Shown here: positions 1-8,110 of the stretch, in pieces
Layout: each line of letters starts with the position of its first letter
Numbering within the stretch: the stretch's first letter is position 1
Virus record (IMG/VR): IMGVR_UViG_3300046777_000875
Coordinates: 1-26,701 of that record
Strand: one strand, 5' to 3'
Length of the DNA stretch: 26,701 bases
Source: a virus
Lineage: Duplodnaviria; Caudoviricetes
Made by a program: the position numbers and the translations under genes
Notes under the pieces: model-generated
The model's database searches: none
The model's input: the letters and a program-made list of their open reading frames with translations, nothing else
Told to the model about the DNA's origin: nothing

Positions 1-1
1 G

Positions 2-238
2 GGTGTTGAACGCTACTGTCCCGTTAAGCTCACTCAAGGTCAGTTCGATGCTCTTGTTAGCTTTAGCTTTAACGTTGGGCTTGGAACATTACAGCGCTCA
101 ACCCTCCGTCAGAAGGTTATTCGTGGGGATATGGAAGGCGCTGCGGAAGAGTTCTTGAAATACACGCTAGCTGGCGGTAAAGTACTAAAAGGCTTGGTCA
201 CTCGCAGAAATGATGAACGAGCACTATTTTTATCCTAG
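2..238 (+). CDS. Phage lysozyme/endolysin, GH24 family (5'-truncated, C-terminal part only)
   Basis: Manual translation of frame 2: GVERYCPVKLTQGQFDALVSFSFNVGLGTLQRSTLRQKVIRGDMEGAAEEFLKYTLAGGKVLKGLVTRRNDERALFLS*. It contains the GH24 motifs QFDALVSFxFNVG and GLVxRRxxE. Stop TAG at 236-238. Not in the supplied ORF track. Confidence 0.93.
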   Translation, partial: GVERYCPVKLTQGQFDALVSFSFNVGLGTLQRSTLRQKVIRGDMEGAAEEFLKYTLAGGKVLKGLVTRRNDERALFLS

Positions 239-249
239 GGTAAACCAGT

Positions 250-2667
250 ATGCCATTACAAAAACTTCAATTTAGACCAGGCGTAAACCGAGAAGGTACT
301 GACTACTCCAACGAAGGTGGTTGGTATGCTTGCGATAAAGTGCGCTTTCGTTCTGGCTTTCCTGAAAAGATTGGCGGCTGGATTCGTTTATCAACCAATA
401 CTTTCCAAGGTGTATGCCGTGCTTTATGGAATTGGACTACTTTGGCAGGTTCAAATTTATTGGGTGTTGGCACCAGTAAAAAATACTATATTGAAAACGG
501 TGGCACATATAACGACATAACGCCTTTGCTATTAAACAGTGCCGGCAACACTACAACAACACTAACGTCTAACCCTTTTTCTACTACTAGCGGTTCTAAT
601 TTAGTTACTGTTACAGACACGGTTAGCGGCATCATACCAAACGTTGGTGATTTTGTTATCTTAACAAGCACTGCTACGGTTGGCGGTTTAACTATTCAAG
701 GTGAATACACTGTAACGGCAGTTATAACAACTCAGTCTTTTAGAATTACTGCTTCTGCAAGCGCATCTTCTACTGCTACTGGTGGTGGCACAGTAACAAT
801 CCAGTACCTATATCCAATAGGTAACGATGTATTTACAGTTAATAACGGCTGGGGTGCTGGTCCTTGGTCGCCTACTACCCCCGTAGCGCTTGGTGCAAAC
901 CCATTTTCTATGTCGGCTGGTAGCAACGTTGTTACAGTAACTCAGAATGCACACGGTTATTTAACAAACGCCGGGTCTTTTATTGCAGGGCAACAATATA
1001 AAATTGTTTCAGTTGGCTCTACAAACTTTACTTCTATTGGCGCTGCTTCTAATACCGTTGGAACTATTTTTACAGCAACAGGCGTAGGTAGTGGTACAGG
1101 TACGGCTTCAATTGTTTGGGTGGCATTTTTAGGCGCTACTGCAGTAAATAGCACAGTTGTAACTTTTGGTTTTTCAGGAACTGTTGCTTTCCCAACCACT
1201 GCTGGTGGTGTTGGTTTTTATGGACACCCACTTGATACTTTTGAAGCCGGGCTATTTAATTCTACGTTTGAAATTACTTACGTTGATGCCAATACGTACA
1301 CTATTACTATCCAAAAAACAGCAACTTACGGCATGCTTGGTGGCGGTAGTAGTGTGGTTGCTTATCCTCAATATGGTATTCGTCCTTGGGGGTCTGCAAC
1401 TGATGTAGGTATTGGTCAGCAATTACGCCTTTGGACAAACGACAACTTTGGTGAGGACTTGGTAATTGCTCCTCGTGGCGGTGCTATCTACTATTGGAAT
1501 GCAACGGCAGGAATATCTACACGAGCAGAGCTACTAGCAAAAGTTTCTACCGATGAAGGCTTTCAAGGGCAGTTTGTACCTAACATAACAAACCAAATTA
1601 TTGGTTCCGCCATCCAGCGTTTTGTGATTGCGTTTGGCGCTAACCCATATGATCCTCTTGACTCTGAAACAACTTTTGACCCCCTACTAGTACGTTGGTC
1701 AGATCAAGAAAACCCTTTCCAGTGGGTGCCAGCCGCTACTAATCAGTCTGGTGAATATCGCCTAAACATTGGCTCAACCATCATTATGGCTCGTTCAACC
1801 CGTCAGGAGATTCTGGTTTGGTCGGATGCGGCTATCTACTCCATGCAGTACCTTGGACCACCCTATATCTGGGGCTTCCAGTTGTTGCAGGACAACATCA
1901 CAATTATGTCGCCAAATTCGGCTATTACGATTAACAACGTTACTTACTGGATGGGAACAGATAAGTTCTTCATGTATTCAGGTCGTGTGGAAACCCTACC
2001 CTGCGCTATCTGGCAGTTTATTTTTGACGACATTAATAAAGACCAATCCTTCCAAGTATTTGCTGGGTCTAATGAGGGTTACAGCGAAATCTGGTGGTTC
2101 TACTGTTCACAAGAAAGCGACGTTGTTGACAGCTACGTAATTTACAACTACCTTGAGCGCACATGGGCTTACGGCACAATGAACCGCACTGCTTGGCTAG
2201 ACTCTGGTTTACGGCAATACCCAATGGCAGCCGACGGAGTTAACAACCGCATCCTCTATCATGAAGCCGCAGTAGATGACGTATCAGGGTTAACCCCAGT
2301 GCCAATTAACGCTTATATCCAGTCGTCTGACTTTGATATTGGTGATGGACATAATTTCGGGTTTGTCTGGCGCATACTGCCTGACTTGACGTTTAACGGC
2401 TCTAATGTAAACCAACCTTACGTCACAATGACGGTACGTCCACGTAGAAACTCTGGTGCGCCTTATGGTACTGCCGATAACCCACAAGTTGCTAGCACCC
2501 AGAACTACTCAAACCGTGGCACCTACGACGTACAAGAGTTTGATGGTCAGGTGTATACACGTCTACGGGCTCGTCAGATGAGCTTTAGGATTGAGTCAAC
2601 TACCCTTGGTGTAGCTTGGCAGTTAGGTACCCCTCGAATTGATATTCGACCAGACGGCAGAAGATAA
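250..2667 (+). CDS. Tail/virion structural protein (tail tube/nozzle-like, P22 gp10 / T7 gp12-type position) with inserted beta-rich repeat modules
   Basis: 805-aa ORF. The N-terminus (PGVNREGTDYSNEGGW..DKVRFRSGFPEKIGGW) and C-terminal part (VRWSDQENP..W..AATNQSG, W-rich beta-propeller-like segments, ending DIRPDGRR) resemble conserved tail proteins of aquatic podoviruses. It lies directly upstream of the ejection genes. Confidence 0.7.
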   Translation: MPLQKLQFRPGVNREGTDYSNEGGWYACDKVRFRSGFPEKIGGWIRLSTNTFQGVCRALWNWTTLAGSNLLGVGTSKKYYIENGGTYNDITPLLLNSAGNTTTTLTSNPFSTTSGSNLVTVTDTVSGIIPNVGDFVILTSTATVGGLTIQGEYTVTAVITTQSFRITASASASSTATGGGTVTIQYLYPIGNDVFTVNNGWGAGPWSPTTPVALGANPFSMSAGSNVVTVTQNAHGYLTNAGSFIAGQQYKIVSVGSTNFTSIGAASNTVGTIFTATGVGSGTGTASIVWVAFLGATAVNSTVVTFGFSGTVAFPTTAGGVGFYGHPLDTFEAGLFNSTFEITYVDANTYTITIQKTATYGMLGGGSSVVAYPQYGIRPWGSATDVGIGQQLRLWTNDNFGEDLVIAPRGGAIYYWNATAGISTRAELLAKVSTDEGFQGQFVPNITNQIIGSAIQRFVIAFGANPYDPLDSETTFDPLLVRWSDQENPFQWVPAATNQSGEYRLNIGSTIIMARSTRQEILVWSDAAIYSMQYLGPPYIWGFQLLQDNITIMSPNSAITINNVTYWMGTDKFFMYSGRVETLPCAIWQFIFDDINKDQSFQVFAGSNEGYSEIWWFYCSQESDVVDSYVIYNYLERTWAYGTMNRTAWLDSGLRQYPMAADGVNNRILYHEAAVDDVSGLTPVPINAYIQSSDFDIGDGHNFGFVWRILPDLTFNGSNVNQPYVTMTVRPRRNSGAPYGTADNPQVASTQNYSNRGTYDVQEFDGQVYTRLRARQMSFRIESTTLGVAWQLGTPRIDIRPDGRR

Positions 2668-3542
2668 TGACGCTTCCAAGAGCCGCACCGCTACGCCCAC
2701 CAAAAGCCCCCAATCTGCTGGTTGCCCCAGTAGACTATCGTCAGCAATACATTGATCAACTTAATAATGCCTTACGTCTGTACTTTAACCAGATTGATAA
2801 CGGCATGGCGTCTTTGTTGGCGCCTTCTGGTGGTGGACTTTTGCAGTTTCCAAACGGCGCATTCCATCAAAACGGCTATACGACTTTAACTAATGCAATA
2901 CCTAACTCAAGCTCAACGGCAAATATTGTGGTTGCTTCTACGGCTGGGTTTGGTGAAATATTGCCTGGTACTATTCTTATTGGGGATGAGCTAATTAGAT
3001 ATACAGGTAAAACAGCTACTACCTTTACGGGGATTACTCGGTCTGTATATGGCTCTGGTGGCTCTTCTCATGCGGCTGGTGTTTATGTATCAGAAGCTCA
3101 GGGTGTGGCGTCTGCAAGTACGGCTTTAGCTATCCCATTTGATACAACAGACACCAGCAACGAGGTAGCCTTAGACCCCCTTGATACCACTAAGGTTGTC
3201 TTTGCCGTAGCTGGGTATTACAACGTTCAGTTTAGCGTTCAACTTATAAACTGCACAAGCTCAATAGATAACGTAACTCTTTGGTTTAGAAAAAATACAG
3301 CTAATATAGATTACACGGGTGGGGTTGTATCAGTCCCCTCAAAACACGCTGGCGGTATAGGAGCTGCAATTGTGTCTTGGAACCTAGTGGTAGATGTAAA
3401 TGCTGGGGATAATATTCAGTTAATGATGGCATCTGCTTCGGGAAATACAGTAGCGGCAACTTATCCGCCTGGAACAAGCCCAGTAAGTCCTGCATCACCT
3501 TCTGTAATTCTTACCGCAACGTTTGTTTCGGCGTTATATTAA
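2667..3542 (+). CDS. Tail-associated protein: N-terminal helical anchor plus C-terminal C1q/TNF-like beta domain (tail needle/fibre-like)
   Basis: 291 aa, TAATG overlap with the upstream gene. N-terminal APNLLVAPVDYRQQYIDQLNNALRLYFNQID. C-terminal AGYYNVQFSVQL...LWFRKN...VNAGDNIQL is a jelly-roll pattern. Confidence 0.6.
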   Translation: MTLPRAAPLRPPKAPNLLVAPVDYRQQYIDQLNNALRLYFNQIDNGMASLLAPSGGGLLQFPNGAFHQNGYTTLTNAIPNSSSTANIVVASTAGFGEILPGTILIGDELIRYTGKTATTFTGITRSVYGSGGSSHAAGVYVSEAQGVASASTALAIPFDTTDTSNEVALDPLDTTKVVFAVAGYYNVQFSVQLINCTSSIDNVTLWFRKNTANIDYTGGVVSVPSKHAGGIGAAIVSWNLVVDVNAGDNIQLMMASASGNTVAATYPPGTSPVSPASPSVILTATFVSALY

Positions 3543-3579
3543 TGATAAACTTCAATCAATTCAACCCCGTGAGGTAGCT

Positions 3580-5274
3580 ATGGGTTTACACCGCACAGCG
3601 CATTATCTACAGAGCAAAGGTCGTGGAAATGACACGATGCTTGTCCACATGACCCCAGGTGAGGTTAAAGGACTTCAAGCTTTAGCTTTACGACACGGTG
3701 GTAGCCTAACAATTAACCCAGATACGGGGCTTCCTGAAGCTGGCTTTTTGGAACAAATTCTCCCAATTGTGGCTGCGGCTGGTTTGACATATTTAACAGC
3801 TGGTGCAGCTGCGCCGACATTAACTGCGGCTTTGGGTGGGTCTTCTTTGGCGGGTGGTATTGCTGCTGGAGCCTTATCTGGTGCAGCTATTAGTGGTGGT
3901 ATGGCAGCTATTCAAGGTAAAGATGCGGGTAAAGCTGCGCTTATGGGCGGTCTTGGAGGTGGTATTGCAGGCGGTCTTGGTGCTTATGCCGACGCTCCAA
4001 ACCTTTTATCCGACATTTCTCAAAAAACAGCAGAAACTGCCGGCACTCAAGCTGGACAACAATTTGCTGAACAAGCCGCAAAAGCTTCTACGGAGGCTAC
4101 ATTAAATACAGCTACTGGTTTACCTTCAACCCCCGATGTGTCTAATGTATATTCTGGTCTAGCTGGACAACCAACCGTACCACCAGGAACTTTACCCCCA
4201 GGCATAGCTCCAACTCCAGGATATTCTGCAACAGAATTAGACGCAATAGCTCGTGGGCAAGGTGTATTCCCAGAGGGCTCTTCTGCATTACCTGGAGGGG
4301 CTCCAAATACACAAGCATTATTTGACGCTGAAGCTGCGGCTAGAGGTGGTGCTTCAAGAACAATAGGTGTAAAACCAGATACCTTTTACCAAGACCAAGG
4401 AACAATCGGTCGGATGGCTATTCAGGGTTTACCCGCATATGGTTTGTTACAAGATGAGCAACAAACTGGACCACAAGATAATTATGTAAGTCCTTTAAAG
4501 CGCCTATCGCCTAATTTTCAAGCCTACGAACCCCCAAGACCCAACCCATATTACAGTGCAACTTACCCAAGATATGCTGCCGAGGGCGGCATTATGCAGT
4601 CGTATCAAGCTGGTGGTCCTGTAGAGCGTATGTCTATGATGAACACGGCTATGAACCCACAAGGTGGTTTATACCCACAAGGCATGATTGATAAAACCCA
4701 GTATGCCACCCCAATTCAACGCCCAGTTAGTGCTGAGTTAGTTACAGATGCCCCTGCTTATGAGCGGTCTAACCCAATGCTAATGAACACAGGTGGGGTA
4801 GCTAGACTACCTAAAGGAGATGCTGGTGTATATAAAGACACTGACCCCGCTACTGCAAGACAAGATGCGTTTACAGCAGCTATGACTCGCTTAAATGCGA
4901 TGCAAAAGAAAGCCAATATTAAGGGTTTACCCGCACTTAAAGCAGCAGCCAAACCTTTAGGTAATGTTGAAGAAGCCGCTAAAGGTGGAATTATGTCCAG
5001 TCTAGGAGGGTACTCAGATGGCGGCAGAATGCTTAAAGGTCCTGGTGACGGTATGTCTGATTCTATTCCTGCTTCTATCGGTAACAAACAGCCCGCCCGT
5101 CTTGCTGATGGGGAATTTGTAGTTCCAGCCGACGTGGTTAGCCACTTAGGTAATGGCTCTACTGATGCTGGTGCTAGAAAGCTTTACGCCATGATGGACA
5201 AGATTCGTAAGGCTAGAACCGGTAAAAAGAAACAAGCTCCTGCAGTTAAAGCCGAGCGGTATATGCCTGCATGA
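3580..5274 (+). CDS. Putative internal virion/ejection protein with glycine-zipper segment and GPGDGxSDSIPA..LADGEFVVP module
   Basis: Start re-assigned from 3523 to ATG 3580, which has GAGGT at 3571-3575. Gly/Ala-rich hydrophobic stretch at about 3742-3984. The C-terminal module resembles a motif common in tape-measure and ejection proteins. Confidence 0.65.
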   Translation: MGLHRTAHYLQSKGRGNDTMLVHMTPGEVKGLQALALRHGGSLTINPDTGLPEAGFLEQILPIVAAAGLTYLTAGAAAPTLTAALGGSSLAGGIAAGALSGAAISGGMAAIQGKDAGKAALMGGLGGGIAGGLGAYADAPNLLSDISQKTAETAGTQAGQQFAEQAAKASTEATLNTATGLPSTPDVSNVYSGLAGQPTVPPGTLPPGIAPTPGYSATELDAIARGQGVFPEGSSALPGGAPNTQALFDAEAAARGGASRTIGVKPDTFYQDQGTIGRMAIQGLPAYGLLQDEQQTGPQDNYVSPLKRLSPNFQAYEPPRPNPYYSATYPRYAAEGGIMQSYQAGGPVERMSMMNTAMNPQGGLYPQGMIDKTQYATPIQRPVSAELVTDAPAYERSNPMLMNTGGVARLPKGDAGVYKDTDPATARQDAFTAAMTRLNAMQKKANIKGLPALKAAAKPLGNVEEAAKGGIMSSLGGYSDGGRMLKGPGDGMSDSIPASIGNKQPARLADGEFVVPADVVSHLGNGSTDAGARKLYAMMDKIRKARTGKKKQAPAVKAERYMPA

Positions 5275-5684
5275 ATTTAAGCGTTCAGTCAGTCAACGTA
5301 ACCCATTTTCACCAGACTTGGCCTTTGGTTGAGGGGTTTCTGGCAGAAGCACTTAAATGGGGCGAAGATGACTATACGGTTGAGCAGGCTAAAGGGTATC
5401 TGGCTAGAGGTGATTGGTTACTAGTAGTTGCAGCAGACGAAGAAAATAAGATTCATGGTGCAGCAGCAATAAATTTTTTTAACATGCCAAATGATAGAGT
5501 GGCATTTGTTATAGCAATGGGTGGTAAATTAATAAGTAATCCAGATACGTATAAACAATTTTCTGATTTACTTAAGGCATATGGGGCTACTAAAATACAA
5601 GGTGCCGCTAGAGAAGCAATTGCAAGATTGTGGTCACGGTACGGGTTTAAAGAACGCTACAGAATTGTAGAGGCAAAATTATGA
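5271..5684 (+). CDS. GNAT-fold (acetyltransferase-like) virion morphogenesis protein
   Basis: 137 aa, ATGA overlaps at both ends. The C-terminal pattern LKAYGATKIQGAAREAIARLWSRYGF matches the GNAT motif-B-like 'xxGF' end. Its position before the ejection proteins parallels T7 gp13 / P22 gp14. Confidence 0.6.
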   Translation: MNLSVQSVNVTHFHQTWPLVEGFLAEALKWGEDDYTVEQAKGYLARGDWLLVVAADEENKIHGAAAINFFNMPNDRVAFVIAMGGKLISNPDTYKQFSDLLKAYGATKIQGAAREAIARLWSRYGFKERYRIVEAKL

Positions 5685-8107
5685 GCATTTTGAGATCAAA
5701 ACATAGCGGTTGGACCTGGGAAGGAAGACGCACTCCGTTTGGCGGCGGTTCTGGCGGCGGCGGTGCCCCTACTCAAACGACTTCATACCAAACCAACATT
5801 CCTGAATATGCTCGACCATATGTCGAAAACATGCTGCAGTCTACTCAGGCTCAGATATATAACGAGGACATGACTGGTTTTAGGCCATACAGACCTTATA
5901 GCACTAATGTACAAGACTATGTAGCTGGCTTTTCTCCACTTCAGCAGCAAGCACAACAAGCTGCATATGGTTTACAAACTCCTGGACAACTTGGTGCTGC
6001 TACTGGATTAGCTGGTATGTCAGGCATGGGTGGTTTAGGTTTGGCTCGTCAAATGGCTGGAGCAGGACAAGAATACGCTCAAATGGCAACAAGCCCTGCG
6101 GCGCAGCAAGCTTATATGTCGCCTTACATGCAAAATGTGGTCGACTATCAAAAGATGCAAGCTTTGCGTGACTATCAAATCGGGCAGCCAATGCGTCGTG
6201 CACAAGCAGTAGGAGCAGGTGCTTTTGGTGGGTCTCGTCAGGCTATTGCTGAATCCGAAGCAGAACGTAACTTAATGAGTCAGCTTCAAGGCATTGAAGC
6301 ACAAGGGCGGCAGTCAGCTTTCCAACAAGCTCAACAAGCTCAACAGTTTGGGGCTAATCTTGGCTTACAAGGTCGTCAAGGCGCTCTTGGCGGTTTAGGT
6401 GCTGCTACACAAGCAGCAGGGACTTTAGGTCAGTTAGGCGGACAACAACTCGGCGCCCAAAAAGAAATCATCGGATTGCAGTCTCAGATGGGTGCACAAC
6501 AACAAGCACTTGAGCAACAGAAGATTAATCAGGCTATCCAAGATTACGCTATTGCTCAGCAGTATCCGTTTATGCAGCTTGGTTTGATGAATGCCATGTT
6601 GCGTGGTCTACCACTACAAACTCAAACTACTCAGCTTTATCAGGCTCAGCCTACTGCGTTGCAGCAAGGAATTGGTTTAACTGGAGCTGCGGCTACATTA
6701 TTTGGGCGTAAAGAAGGTGGCGTTATTAAAATGGCTGAAGGCGGTATAGCTAATGCCTATAAATATGGTGGCGCTATTTCAGATCCAGAACTAGAAGCCA
6801 TGGCTGACAAACTTAGCGTTGCACAATTACAAGAACGCCTTCGTGATCCAACATTAACTGCGGGCGAACGCCAAATATTTGCTGAGGCGCTGCAAGAAAA
6901 AACTCAAGACAAAGCTCGTATGTCAGGTATTGCTATGGCTGGCGGTCCGGCGTTTGAATCTCAAGGTATGGCTGGTGGTGGCATTGTAGCTTTTGCTCCT
7001 GGTGGATTAAGTATGCTTAGCCCTGAGTTTGGTGGACAAGATGAAAGCATGGATCAGCTACGCATGGAGCAATTACAGTTACAAAAAGATGTTGACCAAT
7101 ATAATTTCTTAAAAGAAACGTCTCCAGTTGCAGCCGAGCGCATGTTGGCTTCAAACCCAATGCTTAGGGACAAAGTAGCTCCACCTACCCCAGCTCCAGC
7201 TGCCGCAGCAGCACCAAAACCAGAAGCAAAACCACCAGCAGCCAAAACAGAAGGCGGTGCCCCAGCAGAACGTGGTATTGCTGCATTGACAGGCATTAAG
7301 AGCTTAGAGCAACAAATGGCAGAACAAGAGCGCCTAATGGGCGGTCCAAGCAAAGTAGGTGAAAGCCTTGAAGCTAAGCTTGCTGAACGTCTAGCTGGTA
7401 TGGGCAAACGTGAAAGACAAGATGATCTTGCTGCACTGCGTCAAGCTTTTGTTAAATTTGGCACTGAAGCATCCCCTGGTGGGTTCTTGCAGGGTGCAAC
7501 TAAAGCTATTGGTACATATGGTGAAGCCAGGGACGCAGCCAAAAAAGCCAGAGAAAGCATGGACCTTGAGCTTACTAAAATGCAAGCCGACATTGAAAAA
7601 GGTCGCAGACTTGAGAAGCGTGGTAACTTGGATGCTGCCCAGAAAGCTTTTGATAACGCCGAGAACCGTCAACTTAGACTCGCTGAAATGCAGAATCAAC
7701 TTAAGGTTGCTGGTATATCTGCTTCTAGACCTAGTGACTTTGAAAAGCAATATGCACTATATGCAGAAGGCGAAAAAGCGGCAGGGCGTACACCTACGTT
7801 TGAAGGATTTAAACGAGCAGCTTCATTACAGGACGACACTGCAAAAATGACGGCTAATCGAGAAGCTGCTAAAGCATTTGCTAGCCTAGAATTTACAAAC
7901 TTTAATAATGATAAAAAATACATCGAACTTAAAAAAGCTGCACAAAGTGGTGACGCAGCAGCAATTAAAGCTTTTGATGAATATAGAATGCAAAAATTTC
8001 AAAATATACGTAATATGATGATAGATCCTGAAAAAGCAATAGGTGTCGGAGGGTCTGGTAGTAAAGGGCAGGTAGACACACGCAATCCGCTATTGCAAGG
8101 TACTTAA
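5681..8107 (+). CDS. DNA transfer/ejection protein (P22 gp7-like N-terminus), Q/A/G-rich helical
   Basis: 808 aa. A 20-aa leader is followed by GGGSGGGG. Motifs TNIPEYARPY, YMSPYMQNVVD and AGAFGGSRQAIAESE are typical of podovirus pilot/ejection proteins. The C-terminal half is coiled-coil-like. Confidence 0.7.
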   Translation: MSILRSKHSGWTWEGRRTPFGGGSGGGGAPTQTTSYQTNIPEYARPYVENMLQSTQAQIYNEDMTGFRPYRPYSTNVQDYVAGFSPLQQQAQQAAYGLQTPGQLGAATGLAGMSGMGGLGLARQMAGAGQEYAQMATSPAAQQAYMSPYMQNVVDYQKMQALRDYQIGQPMRRAQAVGAGAFGGSRQAIAESEAERNLMSQLQGIEAQGRQSAFQQAQQAQQFGANLGLQGRQGALGGLGAATQAAGTLGQLGGQQLGAQKEIIGLQSQMGAQQQALEQQKINQAIQDYAIAQQYPFMQLGLMNAMLRGLPLQTQTTQLYQAQPTALQQGIGLTGAAATLFGRKEGGVIKMAEGGIANAYKYGGAISDPELEAMADKLSVAQLQERLRDPTLTAGERQIFAEALQEKTQDKARMSGIAMAGGPAFESQGMAGGGIVAFAPGGLSMLSPEFGGQDESMDQLRMEQLQLQKDVDQYNFLKETSPVAAERMLASNPMLRDKVAPPTPAPAAAAAPKPEAKPPAAKTEGGAPAERGIAALTGIKSLEQQMAEQERLMGGPSKVGESLEAKLAERLAGMGKRERQDDLAALRQAFVKFGTEASPGGFLQGATKAIGTYGEARDAAKKARESMDLELTKMQADIEKGRRLEKRGNLDAAQKAFDNAENRQLRLAEMQNQLKVAGISASRPSDFEKQYALYAEGEKAAGRTPTFEGFKRAASLQDDTAKMTANREAAKAFASLEFTNFNNDKKYIELKKAAQSGDAAAIKAFDEYRMQKFQNIRNMMIDPEKAIGVGGSGSKGQVDTRNPLLQGT

Positions 8108-8110
8108 ACT

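Noticed and set aside
1769-2140. 123-aa alternative-frame ORF in the tail gene (and similar ones at 317, 1166, 3836, 13899)
   Set aside because: Non-ATG starts without a recognisable RBS. They overlie well-formed main-frame coding sequence.
3523-3579. Longer start for the ejection protein given in the ORF track (likewise 15406, 21679, 21839, 24304, 24423)
   Set aside because: Downstream ATGs have better SD sequences or stop-start coupling and avoid long overlaps.
7410-7850. 146-aa same-strand out-of-frame ORF inside the 808-aa gene
   Set aside because: GTG start with no Shine-Dalgarno, and an L/K-rich composition typical of a +1 shadow frame, unlike the 9339 ORF.
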